DNA from: a virus
Lineage: Duplodnaviria > Caudoviricetes
Reading direction: 5' to 3' (one strand)
Length of the DNA stretch: 64,000 nt
IMG/VR virus record: IMGVR_UViG_3300031994_000065
Span: 17,295-81,294 of that record
The position numbers were made by a program, and so were the translations under genes. Of the stretch, positions 1 through 9,993 are shown piece by piece (position 1 is the stretch's first letter; each line of letters opens with the position of its first letter). Below the pieces are notes generated by a model that worked only from the letters and a program-made list of their open reading frames with translations, was not told where the DNA came from and made no database searches.

Positions 1-2
1 AA

Positions 3-251
3 CAACTTGGTGATATTAAAGACATTATGAACACATTCCAAAACGATTTTGATGAAGAAATCGACATTGTAAATGGAATGGACAAATCAGATAACAATAA
101 TGCTATTCGTATTCGTAACCACGTTGAAGTATTTACTATCGCAAAAAATGTATTCATGGAATATTTCAATTTAGTAAAGGACGTAATGATCGAGCGAAAC
201 AACACATATAAACGGTGTTTGAGCGCTGCGCTCCATTATAATGCTAAATGA
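3..251 (+). CDS. Partial (5'-truncated) virion head protein, paralog of the 317-1576 protein
   Basis: Frame is open to the window edge; C-terminus RIRNHVEVFTIAK...SAALHY matches NRIKVFTIAK...SAALHY of the next ORF. Confidence 0.75.
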   Translation, partial: QLGDIKDIMNTFQNDFDEEIDIVNGMDKSDNNNAIRIRNHVEVFTIAKNVFMEYFNLVKDVMIERNNTYKRCLSAALHYNAK

Positions 252-280
252 ATTAGTAGAATGCACAATTGAATACTTTC

Positions 281-292
281 AACAACAAGATA
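281..292 (+). promoter_or_regulatory. Late promoter AACA-N6-TA
   Basis: AACA-acaaga-TA upstream of a structural gene; motif recurs at 20 intergenic sites. Confidence 0.6.
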
Positions 293-316
293 AAATTGAT
301 AAGGAGTTGAAATCCC

Positions 317-1576
317 ATGATGATGTGGAACAAAGGGAAACCTGTTGGTCATGGTTATGGTTTTAACCCTTCTGATTATACGGTTGAAAATGATGGGCTC
401 CTTGCAGCTTTTGAAGAAGCGTATCATGACATTGCCGTTATTGAGGGGATTGAAGCCAGAGCTAATTCAAGACTCGTTAATATGTATTCCAGAGCATATC
501 ATGAAAACGGCGGACCGGAGATTGCTCAAGAGTCGGTTTCCAAATTCATGAAAACGCCTGTTATGGAAGGTTTTTTGGGAGATATAAAGAAGAAATTGAT
601 TAGTCTTCTGGAAAAGCTCAAAGAAAAGATCAAAGCCTTCTTCCATTCCGCGATGCAATATTTCGATGCGTTTTTTAAAAGCGAAGCGAAATTTGTCGAA
701 AAGTACAAGGAGGAGGTTACTGGTAAAACTCTCACAAACTTCAAATACGATCTCTATGACTGGAATATTGATGTCGATTTTGGAAAAACATGGAAAGATA
801 TCATGAATAAAGCTATAGATTTAGCTGAAAAAGGTGGAGTGGCTATTGCTTACGAAGCGCTCAGATTTTTTAGCAACGATTGGGTTGCGGCGCTAGAAGC
901 AAAAACAACCCGACGAAACCGCAACTCTAATCCGACCCCTCCTCCCGACCCTCCTCCTCAAGGCGGTGGTGACAGCGGTGACGGCGGCGGTGGTGACAGC
1001 GGTGACGGCGGCGGTGGTGACAGCGGTGACGGCGGCGGTGGTGACAGCGGTGACGGCGGCGGTGGTGACAGCGGTGACGGCGGCGGTGGTGACAGCGGCT
1101 CTACTAATGCACGTCCCAAAGCTGAGAGCATCACGTCTACACAGAAGAAAAATATTATGCTCGAAATTTACGCGTTCCTTGTAGGTAATTCAAACTCGAA
1201 AAGCACGGAGTCTTTCAGGAAGGCCTTGAGAAAAAAATTACAGGGTAATCGTGAAGAGCCGAAAGAAACCAAGTCCCCTGACATGTCTAAAATAATCAAA
1301 GCTCTTGAAGATTATAAAGAGACGCTTGACAACATTGAAGAAGCCAAAGACACTTTATTGTCTGAATTTGACGATGAAATCGATTTGATCAAGTCTAAAG
1401 ATATTGAAGACGAGAATAACAAGACAGGTGCGTCTAATAGAATCAAAGTGTTTACAATCGCTAAAGATGCTTACATGACGTATTTTGACGTATACAAGGA
1501 TTGTATTAAAGCCCGTGCCTCTCAGTATAAATCATGTTTCTCAGCTGCACTGCACTATACTGAACCTGAAGACTAA
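317..1576 (+). CDS. Putative internal head protein (paralog family)
   Basis: 419 aa, SD AAGGAG; xxE-G site followed by an amphipathic KKLISLLEKLKEKIKAFF helix shared with the neighbours; Gly/Asp repeat insert. Confidence 0.6.
   Translation: MMMWNKGKPVGHGYGFNPSDYTVENDGLLAAFEEAYHDIAVIEGIEARANSRLVNMYSRAYHENGGPEIAQESVSKFMKTPVMEGFLGDIKKKLISLLEKLKEKIKAFFHSAMQYFDAFFKSEAKFVEKYKEEVTGKTLTNFKYDLYDWNIDVDFGKTWKDIMNKAIDLAEKGGVAIAYEALRFFSNDWVAALEAKTTRRNRNSNPTPPPDPPPQGGGDSGDGGGGDSGDGGGGDSGDGGGGDSGDGGGGDSGDGGGGDSGSTNARPKAESITSTQKKNIMLEIYAFLVGNSNSKSTESFRKALRKKLQGNREEPKETKSPDMSKIIKALEDYKETLDNIEEAKDTLLSEFDDEIDLIKSKDIEDENNKTGASNRIKVFTIAKDAYMTYFDVYKDCIKARASQYKSCFSAALHYTEPED
962..1099 (+). repeat. 24-bp in-frame tandem repeat, 5.75 copies (GGGDSGDG)
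   Basis: ggcggtggtgacagcggtgacggc repeated without spacers. Confidence 0.97.
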
Positions 1577-1594
1577 ATGAAAGGAGGAATTGTA

Positions 1595-2785
1595 ATGAGA
1601 TTTTTTGGAAACGCTAGACCTATTGGTTCTGGTAATACATTTGATGTTCCGCATGACGGTCTCGCTTTCGCAATGCACGAATCTTTCTGTGATCTGGAAA
1701 TTTATTTTGGTGATTCCGAAGTTATGATGGCAAATATGTACGAAAACTGGATTATGGACACTAAACACAGTGCAACTCAGAAAGTTGTTATGTACGAAGG
1801 CGTCATTGCTAGTGCTTGGAAGAAAATCAAAGATTTTTTTATCTCCATCGGAAAAAAGATAAAATCGTGGTTTAATTCCGTTGTCAAGTTTTTCCGTGCT
1901 ATGTTCTCTAGCAATGCGAGTTTCATCAAGAAATATAAAGAATACATTAAAGGCAAAGAAGACAAAGATTTTGAGTTTGAAGCTCATGCTTGGAATCTCC
2001 ACCCTATGAAGCAAGTTAGAGACGACAGTAACACTTTTAGTGATTCGATCGATTTCGATAAACTTGTGGAAAAAATTGCTAAAAAGGCAGGTGGAAACGC
2101 TGCTACAGGTGGAAACGCTGCTACAGGTGGAAACGCTGCTACAGGTGGAAACGCTGCTACACAAGCAGAGGAAAGTTGGCGCATCGTTCGAGAATCTGGA
2201 GACAGCGACGACGCCGCTTGGGGTGGTACCGACGATGAAGTCAAAAAACTGAAAAAATCTATCGACGCACGAATGTTTAAAAGTTTGAAAGGCGAAAGTG
2301 CCACTGGGACAACAACGATCTCTAAATTCAAAACAGCACTTAAGAAAGCTATCACAAATGGTGAAAAGAAATCTTGTAAAGGTTTTGGTTCAAAAAACAC
2401 TTTTTCCCGTGATGAAATGATTCGATGGGTTGAAGATGAAAAGACCATTATTAGTGAAATAGAAGAAAATGCGAATGCTATTTCCGAAGACGCAGATTCG
2501 TATGCTGAAAAAGTATCGAACTTGATCGATAACGTTAATAAAGAACAGTATGATGTTGATGCATATAGAAGAGGTGTAAACGGAGCCGCGTCTGTCGCCA
2601 AATACGCTTTGTCATATCAAACGGCGGCTGCCTCAATAACGAAAGAGATGTATCAAGAAATCGTGGATGAATGCCGTAGCATTTTGGGGCAGTTCGTGCG
2701 TTATAGTGTAAAAGAATCTGGAAGCGGTTATCGTCATACCAAAAATAATGTTTCATTGATGGAAACATGGGTCAGAGGATGGTAA
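1595..2785 (+). CDS. Putative internal head protein (paralog family)
   Basis: ATG 1595 after SD AAAGGAGG; EGVIASAWKKIKDFF motif; N-terminus aligns with 317-1576 (DGLAFAMHESFCDL vs DGLLAAFEEAYHDI). Confidence 0.6.
   Translation: MRFFGNARPIGSGNTFDVPHDGLAFAMHESFCDLEIYFGDSEVMMANMYENWIMDTKHSATQKVVMYEGVIASAWKKIKDFFISIGKKIKSWFNSVVKFFRAMFSSNASFIKKYKEYIKGKEDKDFEFEAHAWNLHPMKQVRDDSNTFSDSIDFDKLVEKIAKKAGGNAATGGNAATGGNAATGGNAATQAEESWRIVRESGDSDDAAWGGTDDEVKKLKKSIDARMFKSLKGESATGTTTISKFKTALKKAITNGEKKSCKGFGSKNTFSRDEMIRWVEDEKTIISEIEENANAISEDADSYAEKVSNLIDNVNKEQYDVDAYRRGVNGAASVAKYALSYQTAAASITKEMYQEIVDECRSILGQFVRYSVKESGSGYRHTKNNVSLMETWVRGW
2090..2161 (+). repeat. 18-bp in-frame tandem repeat x4 (GGNAAT)
   Basis: ggtggaaacgctgctaca x4, perfect. 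Confidence 0.97.
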
Positions 2786-2808
2786 ACCACTTAACGACGC
2801 AGTGAATA

Positions 2809-2842
2809 AAAGGACACACAGATAATGTACTGTGTGTCCTTT
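2809..2842 (+). terminator. Intrinsic terminator-like hairpin
   Basis: 13-bp stem AAAGGACACACAG/CTGTGTGTCCTTT. Confidence 0.6.
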
Positions 2843-2869
2843 GTGACGTTAAAGAAAGGAGGAATAGGA

Positions 2870-5548
2870 ATGTTTAAATTCAAAAACACAGAACCTTCAA
2901 TTATAAACTCATCCGTGTTTAATGTTGCTGAACCTTCTGGTGGTATAGCGACAATCAATTTGTTTATTGATAACACTGAAGATGATTCGTATAGAACAAT
3001 GGCTGAATCAATGAGTGCATTATATCATGCGGTATCATGTAACGATATGGAAATTGCTCTTGAAGGTTTAGGAGATATGTTAAAATCAGCCTGTGAGTTT
3101 TTCAAAACGATCATTAAGAAAATCGCTGCATTTATCAAGAATACGTTTTACTACCTTATGTCATATGTGACAGATTTCGAGAAATTCATCGATAGATACA
3201 AAGAAAATATTCAAAACTTCAAGGAGTTTGAGGTTAATGGATATACATATACTATTGACAGTCAACCCATAGACAGTTCGGGAATAACGAATATCATTAA
3301 TCAATATAACAAGAATATCAAAACTATCAACAGCAAGGAGTATAGTGATATTCAAACAATGATTTCCAAAGAAATGGGTAAAGAGTCATTAGGGAAACTT
3401 CGTAGCACACTATGTGGAAAAACGTCTGGATTTATTAGGCCGGAGAAATTTATTGATGAAATGAATAAACGATTTCGCAATGGAAAAACTTCCACAAGCA
3501 ACATCAAAGTCAATTCTGGAACAGTGAATAGTTTTATCGATGAATTTAAAAGATGCAAAGCGATGTTACCGGATGTTAAAGAAGATGGTTATAACGTACA
3601 GAGTGTCTTAGATGACATGGAAAAATTCTTCTATAGTCTACCCAAATATGAATATGTCGATTCTGATGATAAACGCATAAAGCATTATAAGTTATCGACA
3701 GATCTCAAAAAAGGCGATTTTACAGCGGATGAATCGGATGAAGAAGGATATTCCACAGAGTATTACAAAAAACTCACTGCTTATTACAACTTCTGCTATA
3801 GGATGTGTAGAGAGATAGCTGGTATGTATACGAAAGCATATACTACAAAAATCGAAGCCATAAAAGAAGCCATCAGTTTCTATACATCAGTTATTAGAAA
3901 AGCGATCAGTCCATTTAATGAAAGAGAGACAGATAGTGTTAAATCTTCTAAAGAGTCAGTATCGATAATTCAAGATGGTTATACTGACTGGATGACTGAA
4001 TATGGTTTGAACGCATTTAAAGGTGAAGAATTATCGACACATGAGAGAATAAAAGCGTTCAATGAACTCAAGGCTATAGTTAAAACAACGAATACATCTT
4101 TTAAGTCAGAAATACAATATGGTGGCGAAAATTGTGTTGCTATTTTCAAGGCTGCAGGTCGTGGAGATGCAGAGAAAGATGCTAAAAATGCTGTCAGACT
4201 TGCCAATTCCAAATCAAAAGATTTTGTGTATAGTATACCCAAACCGAGTTTTTTCAATAAAGGGATTCTTGTGAATTACATTTGGGTTTATGCTAAGCAT
4301 AAAAAGAAGATGAAACTTCAAGAATCAGTCGGAATTATTCCTGCTATGGAAAATCTTCCTAAAATTCATGTTGGAGATGTCGACGACTATTCGATTCAAG
4401 CTATGGAAGCGATGCATGAGATTGAAGTTGCTAAATGGGATGCTCATTTCCGTGAATATCTCGATGAAATTGATGTTTTGGCCGAAGGTTATCGTCGCGG
4501 CTACATTCTCATGGAAGATGTAGAAGTGAAGGAGAAATCAGGACAAGATGCAAAAGAATCCACATTCTCCAAGATAATTGAGTTCATCCACACTATCATT
4601 GCAAAGTTTATGGATAAAGCATCTAATCTTTTTAACTCTAATCAAGAATGGTTTGATAAATACTCGGGCAAACTTAATGAAGTTAATGCTGAAGCATATG
4701 ATAATATTAAGATTACGATGCTTGCATATCATAAACAAAATAAGTACGATATACCTAGAACCAGCGTGTCACCAGATGATGCAAGACTTGGCACTGAGAA
4801 ATTCAAAACACTTGGAGAAGTTGCCGAATTGATGTACCCCGGAATTTGCAAATTATCTGCCACGAAAGATATTACTGAAGGCACGAAGATATATTTCCGA
4901 GGTGGTTCGAATACAGTTGAAACGTATTCAAATGGTGCAGATGTTAAGAAGCAAGTTACAATGATGGTGGAATGGTGTAAAGAATATACTGATACATGCC
5001 ATCACATAAAAGATCAGATTGATAAAATGACCGAAGAAATGGAAAAGATGGATAAAGCTTACGAAGCATCAAAAGAAGCGTCATATTCTTACGTTCTTTC
5101 TGAACAAGCATTATTGGAAGAAACTGGTCTGGCTTGGTTACCGTTTATTGATTCTAAAGGTAATGCTAAATTCCTTGTGCTCAAAGAAGCAGAAGGTGAT
5201 GCGAATAAAGAAAAGGCTAATAAGGAGAAGAAAGAAGGACAAGACGCTGCTAAAGCTGCTGGTGCAACTGTTGCTAATGATGATAAGAAAGAAACAAAAC
5301 CTGAGACTGAAGAGGAAAGAAAAGCTCGTGAGAAAAAAGAAGCTGATGATAAGAAAGCTAAAGACGATAAAATTTCTAGAGCTCTTGCTGCTAAATACTA
5401 TTATCAGGTTAAAGTTAAGGTTGCTACAGCAATGCTCACAATAGCTGAAGAGCGTTTCGTGTCATATATCAAAACATTACGTAATGTAGTTGCTTTGGCT
5501 CACATTGCTGCAGATAAAGCCGAGAAACCCGATAAAGCAAAAAAATGA
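2870..5548 (+). CDS. Large virion protein with two copies of the head-protein family domain
   Basis: ATG 2870 after AAAGGAGG; two LEG/MED...FFKTIIKKIAAFI and FSKIIEFIHTII segments like the upstream paralogs. Confidence 0.6.
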   Translation: MFKFKNTEPSIINSSVFNVAEPSGGIATINLFIDNTEDDSYRTMAESMSALYHAVSCNDMEIALEGLGDMLKSACEFFKTIIKKIAAFIKNTFYYLMSYVTDFEKFIDRYKENIQNFKEFEVNGYTYTIDSQPIDSSGITNIINQYNKNIKTINSKEYSDIQTMISKEMGKESLGKLRSTLCGKTSGFIRPEKFIDEMNKRFRNGKTSTSNIKVNSGTVNSFIDEFKRCKAMLPDVKEDGYNVQSVLDDMEKFFYSLPKYEYVDSDDKRIKHYKLSTDLKKGDFTADESDEEGYSTEYYKKLTAYYNFCYRMCREIAGMYTKAYTTKIEAIKEAISFYTSVIRKAISPFNERETDSVKSSKESVSIIQDGYTDWMTEYGLNAFKGEELSTHERIKAFNELKAIVKTTNTSFKSEIQYGGENCVAIFKAAGRGDAEKDAKNAVRLANSKSKDFVYSIPKPSFFNKGILVNYIWVYAKHKKKMKLQESVGIIPAMENLPKIHVGDVDDYSIQAMEAMHEIEVAKWDAHFREYLDEIDVLAEGYRRGYILMEDVEVKEKSGQDAKESTFSKIIEFIHTIIAKFMDKASNLFNSNQEWFDKYSGKLNEVNAEAYDNIKITMLAYHKQNKYDIPRTSVSPDDARLGTEKFKTLGEVAELMYPGICKLSATKDITEGTKIYFRGGSNTVETYSNGADVKKQVTMMVEWCKEYTDTCHHIKDQIDKMTEEMEKMDKAYEASKEASYSYVLSEQALLEETGLAWLPFIDSKGNAKFLVLKEAEGDANKEKANKEKKEGQDAAKAAGATVANDDKKETKPETEEERKAREKKEADDKKAKDDKISRALAAKYYYQVKVKVATAMLTIAEERFVSYIKTLRNVVALAHIAADKAEKPDKAKK

Positions 5549-5553
5549 TGATT

Positions 5554-5588
5554 AAAGAGAAGAATCTAAATCCAAGATTCTTCTCTTT
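5554..5588. terminator. Bidirectional terminator
   Basis: 14-bp stem AAAGAGAAGAATCT/AGATTCTTCTCTTT between convergent genes. Confidence 0.75.
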
Positions 5589-5598
5589 GACCCCGTTT

Positions 5599-7035
5599 TT
5601 AACCAACTCCGGGAAGCCCCTTCCCACCAGTAACTCCACCCGATGTGGATTGAACCAATAACGGTGACGGAACAACTTGAGTTTCAATCGCGCGTTTGAT
5701 TGCGTCGTCTATAGGTTCTTTCTTAACCATATAGATATTTGCTGTTAATGTCAACTGCTCGCCGTTGCGATTGAAGATGAAATCCGTTTTTCTTATTCTG
5801 TAATACCCGCTGTAATTTGGATCGATGTTGGAATCGAGATAATGTAGGATAAATTCCTTATTGGGGGTTAGCGCCCACATATATGGATCAAACACAGTCA
5901 TCCGGACCGTGATGTTTCCTTCTTGTATATCGTTAGCGTATTGAGTCTGCATATAAGGATTCGCGTTAGCGTTGTTATCGACTCGCGTGTTTCCTTTACC
6001 ACGTTGCTCTCCAGTCCCTTCAATATGAGTTGGAGCGTTGGTCTTTGCATTTAATGCGGTCAAGTTATTCCCCATTATGTGGTCATTGATTGCCGCAGGA
6101 TTATGCATTGTAACACGATGTGGGTCAGGGAAAATGTAATACTCTTTTCGTTCATCACAGGTTGTAGTACCAGACAGCCAACTTTCTGACAGTTTCGTTT
6201 TATTGACAGTGAATATAGTAGTCGGGTACTCACCTTCTTCAACACAGTCTGGATGTCCAGTCTTATTCATGATATATACACAGCGGTAATCGAAAAAAGT
6301 TAACGTACCAGTTTGATGCATTCCGTATATATCAGAAAGATACTGGAATAAATTCAACAGGTTTTGAGGTTGAATAATGCATTGGTCTATCGGATCTTTG
6401 TTATCTGACGGACTCATGAGTATTGCATCGAATCCGTTCTTAGATAACATATCCGCACAGATTGTAGGAATATCTGTATTTGAATAAACTTTGTTAACTA
6501 CGTTCTTGCTGTTGACCAAATCTCTCTCGACGTAGAAATAGTAGCTTACACGTTCTCTCACGTCTGCCGGCATATTTTTACCGCCAAGATCATTAACGCT
6601 TCCACCAGCGGCAGCAATATTCTGTAAATCATTCACGGTCATATTGTAAATAGCCGCATCCATAAACGGAACGTTGCTTGCGATTACCGGAATGAAAATC
6701 GTGTCGAATACTGTTTCGCTACTGACGGGTTCAGTACGAGAACCGGAACCTGACACGTCATAACCTTCACATCTGAGAGCGATATGGAATTTGACCTCAT
6801 TTCGACGAACTTCAATGAATTCTTTGACTTTTGGATTGACGACGAAATGGATCATAAGCATCGGGTACAAATTATTGTCGTAATCTTTGCCGATATACAT
6901 CTCGCTTATTGAACCTGGGACCATATCAACAGGTCCTTCAAGTTCCGGTGCCAATAACTCAAATTTTGAGATACGGTAACGATAGAGTTTATGAGACATC
7001 GCAGCGACTTCTTTTTCGTACAGCTCTTTTACCAT
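5599..7035 (-). CDS. Putative baseplate hub/tail structural protein
   Basis: 478 aa, SD AAGGAGG; beta-rich; C-terminal LTPNKEF...YSGYYRI pattern typical of gp27-like hubs. Confidence 0.45.
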   Translation of the reverse strand: MVKELYEKEVAAMSHKLYRYRISKFELLAPELEGPVDMVPGSISEMYIGKDYDNNLYPMLMIHFVVNPKVKEFIEVRRNEVKFHIALRCEGYDVSGSGSRTEPVSSETVFDTIFIPVIASNVPFMDAAIYNMTVNDLQNIAAAGGSVNDLGGKNMPADVRERVSYYFYVERDLVNSKNVVNKVYSNTDIPTICADMLSKNGFDAILMSPSDNKDPIDQCIIQPQNLLNLFQYLSDIYGMHQTGTLTFFDYRCVYIMNKTGHPDCVEEGEYPTTIFTVNKTKLSESWLSGTTTCDERKEYYIFPDPHRVTMHNPAAINDHIMGNNLTALNAKTNAPTHIEGTGEQRGKGNTRVDNNANANPYMQTQYANDIQEGNITVRMTVFDPYMWALTPNKEFILHYLDSNIDPNYSGYYRIRKTDFIFNRNGEQLTLTANIYMVKKEPIDDAIKRAIETQVVPSPLLVQSTSGGVTGGKGLPGVG

Positions 7036-7080
7036 TCAAATCTCCTCCTTTACAAAAAAGTTAGAGAGCATAAATTTTGG

Positions 7081-7148
7081 GAAAAAGAATCCGCACCGCA
7101 TTTGTTGAATGCGGCGTCCGATACCGTAATACGGCGCGGACTCTTTTT
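7081..7148 (-). terminator. Branched 3' structure/terminator (copy 1) after a cassette-driven gene
   Basis: Closing stem AAAGAGUCCGC/GCGGAUUCUUU, two internal hairpins, U-tail; homologous to 16071-16133. Confidence 0.7.
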
Positions 7149-7152
7149 GGTT

Positions 7153-7590
7153 TTAAGCTTCGACGAGATTGATGTGGATCAATTTTTGCGAATTGTTGAA
7201 ATCGTCAATCATTTTTTCAAAGCGGGTTTTAACAACCGGTTTTTCGACGAGTTCGAAATACCAGCGTTCGAAACCGTTGTCGATTGACGGGGTCGCATAA
7301 AACGCGTTGAGTTTCTCGATCGCTGTTTCCAGCGAATCAACGCGCATGTCAACGACCGGTCCCAAAGCCGCTTTGGACAGTGTTACCTGTCCTTTGCTTT
7401 TCCAGAGAGGGTTGACGCTGAAGTAACGCGCTTTTCTCGTGGCGAAGCAGGGGAACCAGTTGCCGTTGTCGTTTTCCGCAATGATTGCAACATCGAGTTG
7501 TTTGGCTTTGTTGTCGTGCAGGTCGACAAAACCATTCAACATTGCGAACGTTGCGATTGCGATTGCCGAAGTCTTTTCCATGATAAACAT
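7153..7590 (-). CDS. Hypothetical early protein (cargo of cassette A)
   Basis: 145 aa, SD AAGGAGG inside the repeated leader. Confidence 0.8.
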   Translation of the reverse strand: MFIMEKTSAIAIATFAMLNGFVDLHDNKAKQLDVAIIAENDNGNWFPCFATRKARYFSVNPLWKSKGQVTLSKAALGPVVDMRVDSLETAIEKLNAFYATPSIDNGFERWYFELVEKPVVKTRFEKMIDDFNNSQKLIHINLVEA

Positions 7591-7710
7591 CCTCCTTAAA
7601 GATGTGGATCGTAGGTTTTCGTCAATTTAGTACAAGAGAACTCCTACTAAACTCTCATACACCACGATAATATATATTCATAGGTGGGGGCGATGTCAGA
7701 TCGGAAAATT
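7591..7710 (-). promoter_or_regulatory. Repeated early expression cassette, copy A (type 1)
   Basis: CTGACA-N17-TATATATTAT, then leader GAGAGTTTAGTAGGAGTTCTCTTGTACTAAATTGACGAAAACCTACGATCC and SD; near-identical to 15874-15985 and 16715-16834. Confidence 0.9.
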
Positions 7711-7748
7711 AGGTATATTGCTATAATACATGAAAAAGATAGATAACA

Positions 7749-7772
7749 AAGGAGGGAACTAAACCCCTCCTT
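7749..7772 (-). terminator. Terminator of the exonuclease gene
   Basis: AAGGAGGG/CCCTCCTT stem at the gene end. Confidence 0.55.
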
Positions 7773-8901
7773 AAAATAATGATTTTTTCGAACGTGCAGA
7801 ATATTGATTCAGTTCGACGACATTAATTGGACTCATCTCGAAATATTTAGAATTCAGATTTTTCAATGCGTCATTCTCATACTTATCCACAAGCTGTTTC
7901 GTTATGTTGAGTTGTTGCGGTTCTGAGACCATGCCAAGTTGTCTGTCTAAATCGACGCACATGATACTGTTAGCAATTCGCTCTTTGTTATCATCATTAG
8001 GACCGTCTTTGATTGCCATTATAAGGTGTTCTAATCCAATTATTTCAGCTTCACTTATATCCAGCTCTTTGAACAATTTGTGTAATCTCTTGTATATGGT
8101 TTTCCATCCACAACCTTTGATCTTTCCGATACCGCGACGTTTATCTCCAACTATGGCAAGAATGAAAGTAATCAGGTATGCAGGAAGTTTGTGTGAATTC
8201 TTTATATCGTGTTTCTCTCTGATGATGGTAAAAAGATTCTCTTTGGTTACTATGTAACTTTCGTCACCTTTTGGATACATAACCAAGAAGTTCTTGTTGA
8301 CGTATTGCAAATCGTATTCGTCTCTGGTTATCAAAATATTCAATTGACCATCGAGTGCTTTAGAGTTGCATAACAACAGAGGAACGAGAGAACTTTCGAG
8401 TCTATTTGATGTTACCAAATATACACCTTCCACATAACCCACTATGGTTCTGAGAGCTTTGATGACAGACTCCAGAACCATATTAGTTGCCTCGTAGTTT
8501 GGATTGTCGGTGTAATCGTAAATGAATCTCTCGCGATAGTGTTTAAGAAACATCGTATTATTCAGTGTCGTGTATTTATCGTATTCATTCATGAATAGAA
8601 CGATATTAGTCTTGATTCTGTTTTTGGTAAAGAATCGACGATAATGCCCGGCAAGATTCAGAATGTTACTGATAATGGAAAAATGAAAGTTCTTGGTTTC
8701 AGTTTTATCCATAGAAAGAATGAATTCTTCTACGGTTTGGTTATGTATGCAATGAATAATTGATTCGAGATTGATGAATATATTTACTCGATCTATTACT
8801 TCTCTAATACCAACAGAACCAAATAGAAGATTCATTTTTTCGAACTTAATCTTGTGAGCATTGAATATCTTATCAATCGTTTCAGATGAACTTGAAATCA
8901 T
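7771..8901 (-). CDS. 5'-3' exonuclease / flap nuclease (T4 RNase H-like)
   Basis: H3TH-like motif GDKRRGIGKIKGCGWKT; acidic residues in LESSLV and ITRDEYD. Confidence 0.7.
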   Translation of the reverse strand: MISSSSETIDKIFNAHKIKFEKMNLLFGSVGIREVIDRVNIFINLESIIHCIHNQTVEEFILSMDKTETKNFHFSIISNILNLAGHYRRFFTKNRIKTNIVLFMNEYDKYTTLNNTMFLKHYRERFIYDYTDNPNYEATNMVLESVIKALRTIVGYVEGVYLVTSNRLESSLVPLLLCNSKALDGQLNILITRDEYDLQYVNKNFLVMYPKGDESYIVTKENLFTIIREKHDIKNSHKLPAYLITFILAIVGDKRRGIGKIKGCGWKTIYKRLHKLFKELDISEAEIIGLEHLIMAIKDGPNDDNKERIANSIMCVDLDRQLGMVSEPQQLNITKQLVDKYENDALKNLNSKYFEMSPINVVELNQYSARSKKSLF

Positions 8902-8930
8902 TTCAATCCCTTCTTCAGATAAAAAATATT

Positions 8931-8951
8931 GGGCGGGAAAGGTTCCCGCCC
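8931..8951 (-). terminator. Intrinsic terminator
   Basis: GGGCGGGAA/TTCCCGCCC stem with downstream T-run on the minus strand. Confidence 0.65.
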
Positions 8952-8976
8952 TTAACGTGTGTTTCCTTGTCAGATT

Positions 8977-9864
8977 TTATTTCGTCGTGATGTGTTCGAT
9001 GATTTCGCGGATGTCACTGCCGCCATTGCCGAGTTCGCGCAAACGTGCGACTCGGTACATCACATTGCTGCCTTGCTGAGCTGTATCGAGCAGAATGACA
9101 CGGTAAGCTCTGTTGTGCAAGAACAGCGCACTCAGAACGGCGTCCGGGTTGAGTTCGATATAGCAAAATGCTCTGCCGTTTTTGTCGCGTTTCTGAGACT
9201 CGTTCACTACGAGTTTGCTCGTATCGACAAACGGTTTGACAAGCTCTTTCAATTTTGCATCCAAACGAACGTGTGCGCCACGCGCTTTGCCGCCGAGCAA
9301 TTCGAGTTCGATGTCGTTAGCCGAGCGACCATTCACGACAAGATGTTCCATCTTCGGAAAGATGAGATACATCTTGGGAATGTCGTTCAGTACTGCAGCG
9401 CCATCCCCGAAATAGATGTAGCGGTAACCGTGATGCTCGAAGTATTTTTCGAAATACGTCGAAATGTCGCGACTCGTGAACGTGAAGATCGACCCACTGG
9501 GATCGAGTCCGAGACGATTGTCGTTCGCGCGGTTCCCAATGACACATCCGCCTTCGTAGTTATACAAACCATTCGGATCGCTCACGTCGGATTGTGGACG
9601 AGTGAAAGGTTTACCACCTCCGTCTTTCGGACGTTGCGGTTGCGGATTCGGCTGACGCTGTTCGCGCTGTTGTTGACGCGGTTGATGTACTTGCTGCTTG
9701 GGTTTCGGAGTAGGTTCAGGTTTAACCACCGGCTCTGCCTCCTCTTCTTTTTCGAATTCGTCGTTGTCTTCAAACGGATCGGGCAATTTGCTCGCTGCCG
9801 ATTTGACCGTGCTTTCTTCGCCGACTGCACGGTACAAGCGAATTTCCTCGCTGCTTACTTCCAT
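8977..9864 (-). CDS. Hypothetical early protein with Pro/Gln-rich N-terminal linker
   Basis: 295 aa, SD AAGGAGG, early promoter at 9909-9918. Confidence 0.8.
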   Translation of the reverse strand: MEVSSEEIRLYRAVGEESTVKSAASKLPDPFEDNDEFEKEEEAEPVVKPEPTPKPKQQVHQPRQQQREQRQPNPQPQRPKDGGGKPFTRPQSDVSDPNGLYNYEGGCVIGNRANDNRLGLDPSGSIFTFTSRDISTYFEKYFEHHGYRYIYFGDGAAVLNDIPKMYLIFPKMEHLVVNGRSANDIELELLGGKARGAHVRLDAKLKELVKPFVDTSKLVVNESQKRDKNGRAFCYIELNPDAVLSALFLHNRAYRVILLDTAQQGSNVMYRVARLRELGNGGSDIREIIEHITTK

Positions 9865-9908
9865 GAGTAATGCGCCTCCTTCTTTAATTTGTGGTCGTAA
9901 CCGAGTTT

Positions 9909-9918
9909 ATAATATATA
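9909..9918 (-). promoter_or_regulatory. Early promoter core TATATATTAT
   Basis: Exact match to the motif found 9 times upstream of minus-strand genes. Confidence 0.7.
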
Positions 9919-9993
9919 CTTAGAAATCGCGTTAAAATACAGCCACTCCTATAGTTAGTTGTGACTGCATTTATAATAGATTAGCGATTCCTT

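Noticed and set aside
962-2161. Tandem repeats as a CRISPR array
   Set aside because: No spacers; units are multiples of 3 and in frame within proteins.
8959-9870. 303-aa plus-strand ORF
   Set aside because: Antisense shadow of 8977-9864, which has an SD, an early promoter and a terminator.
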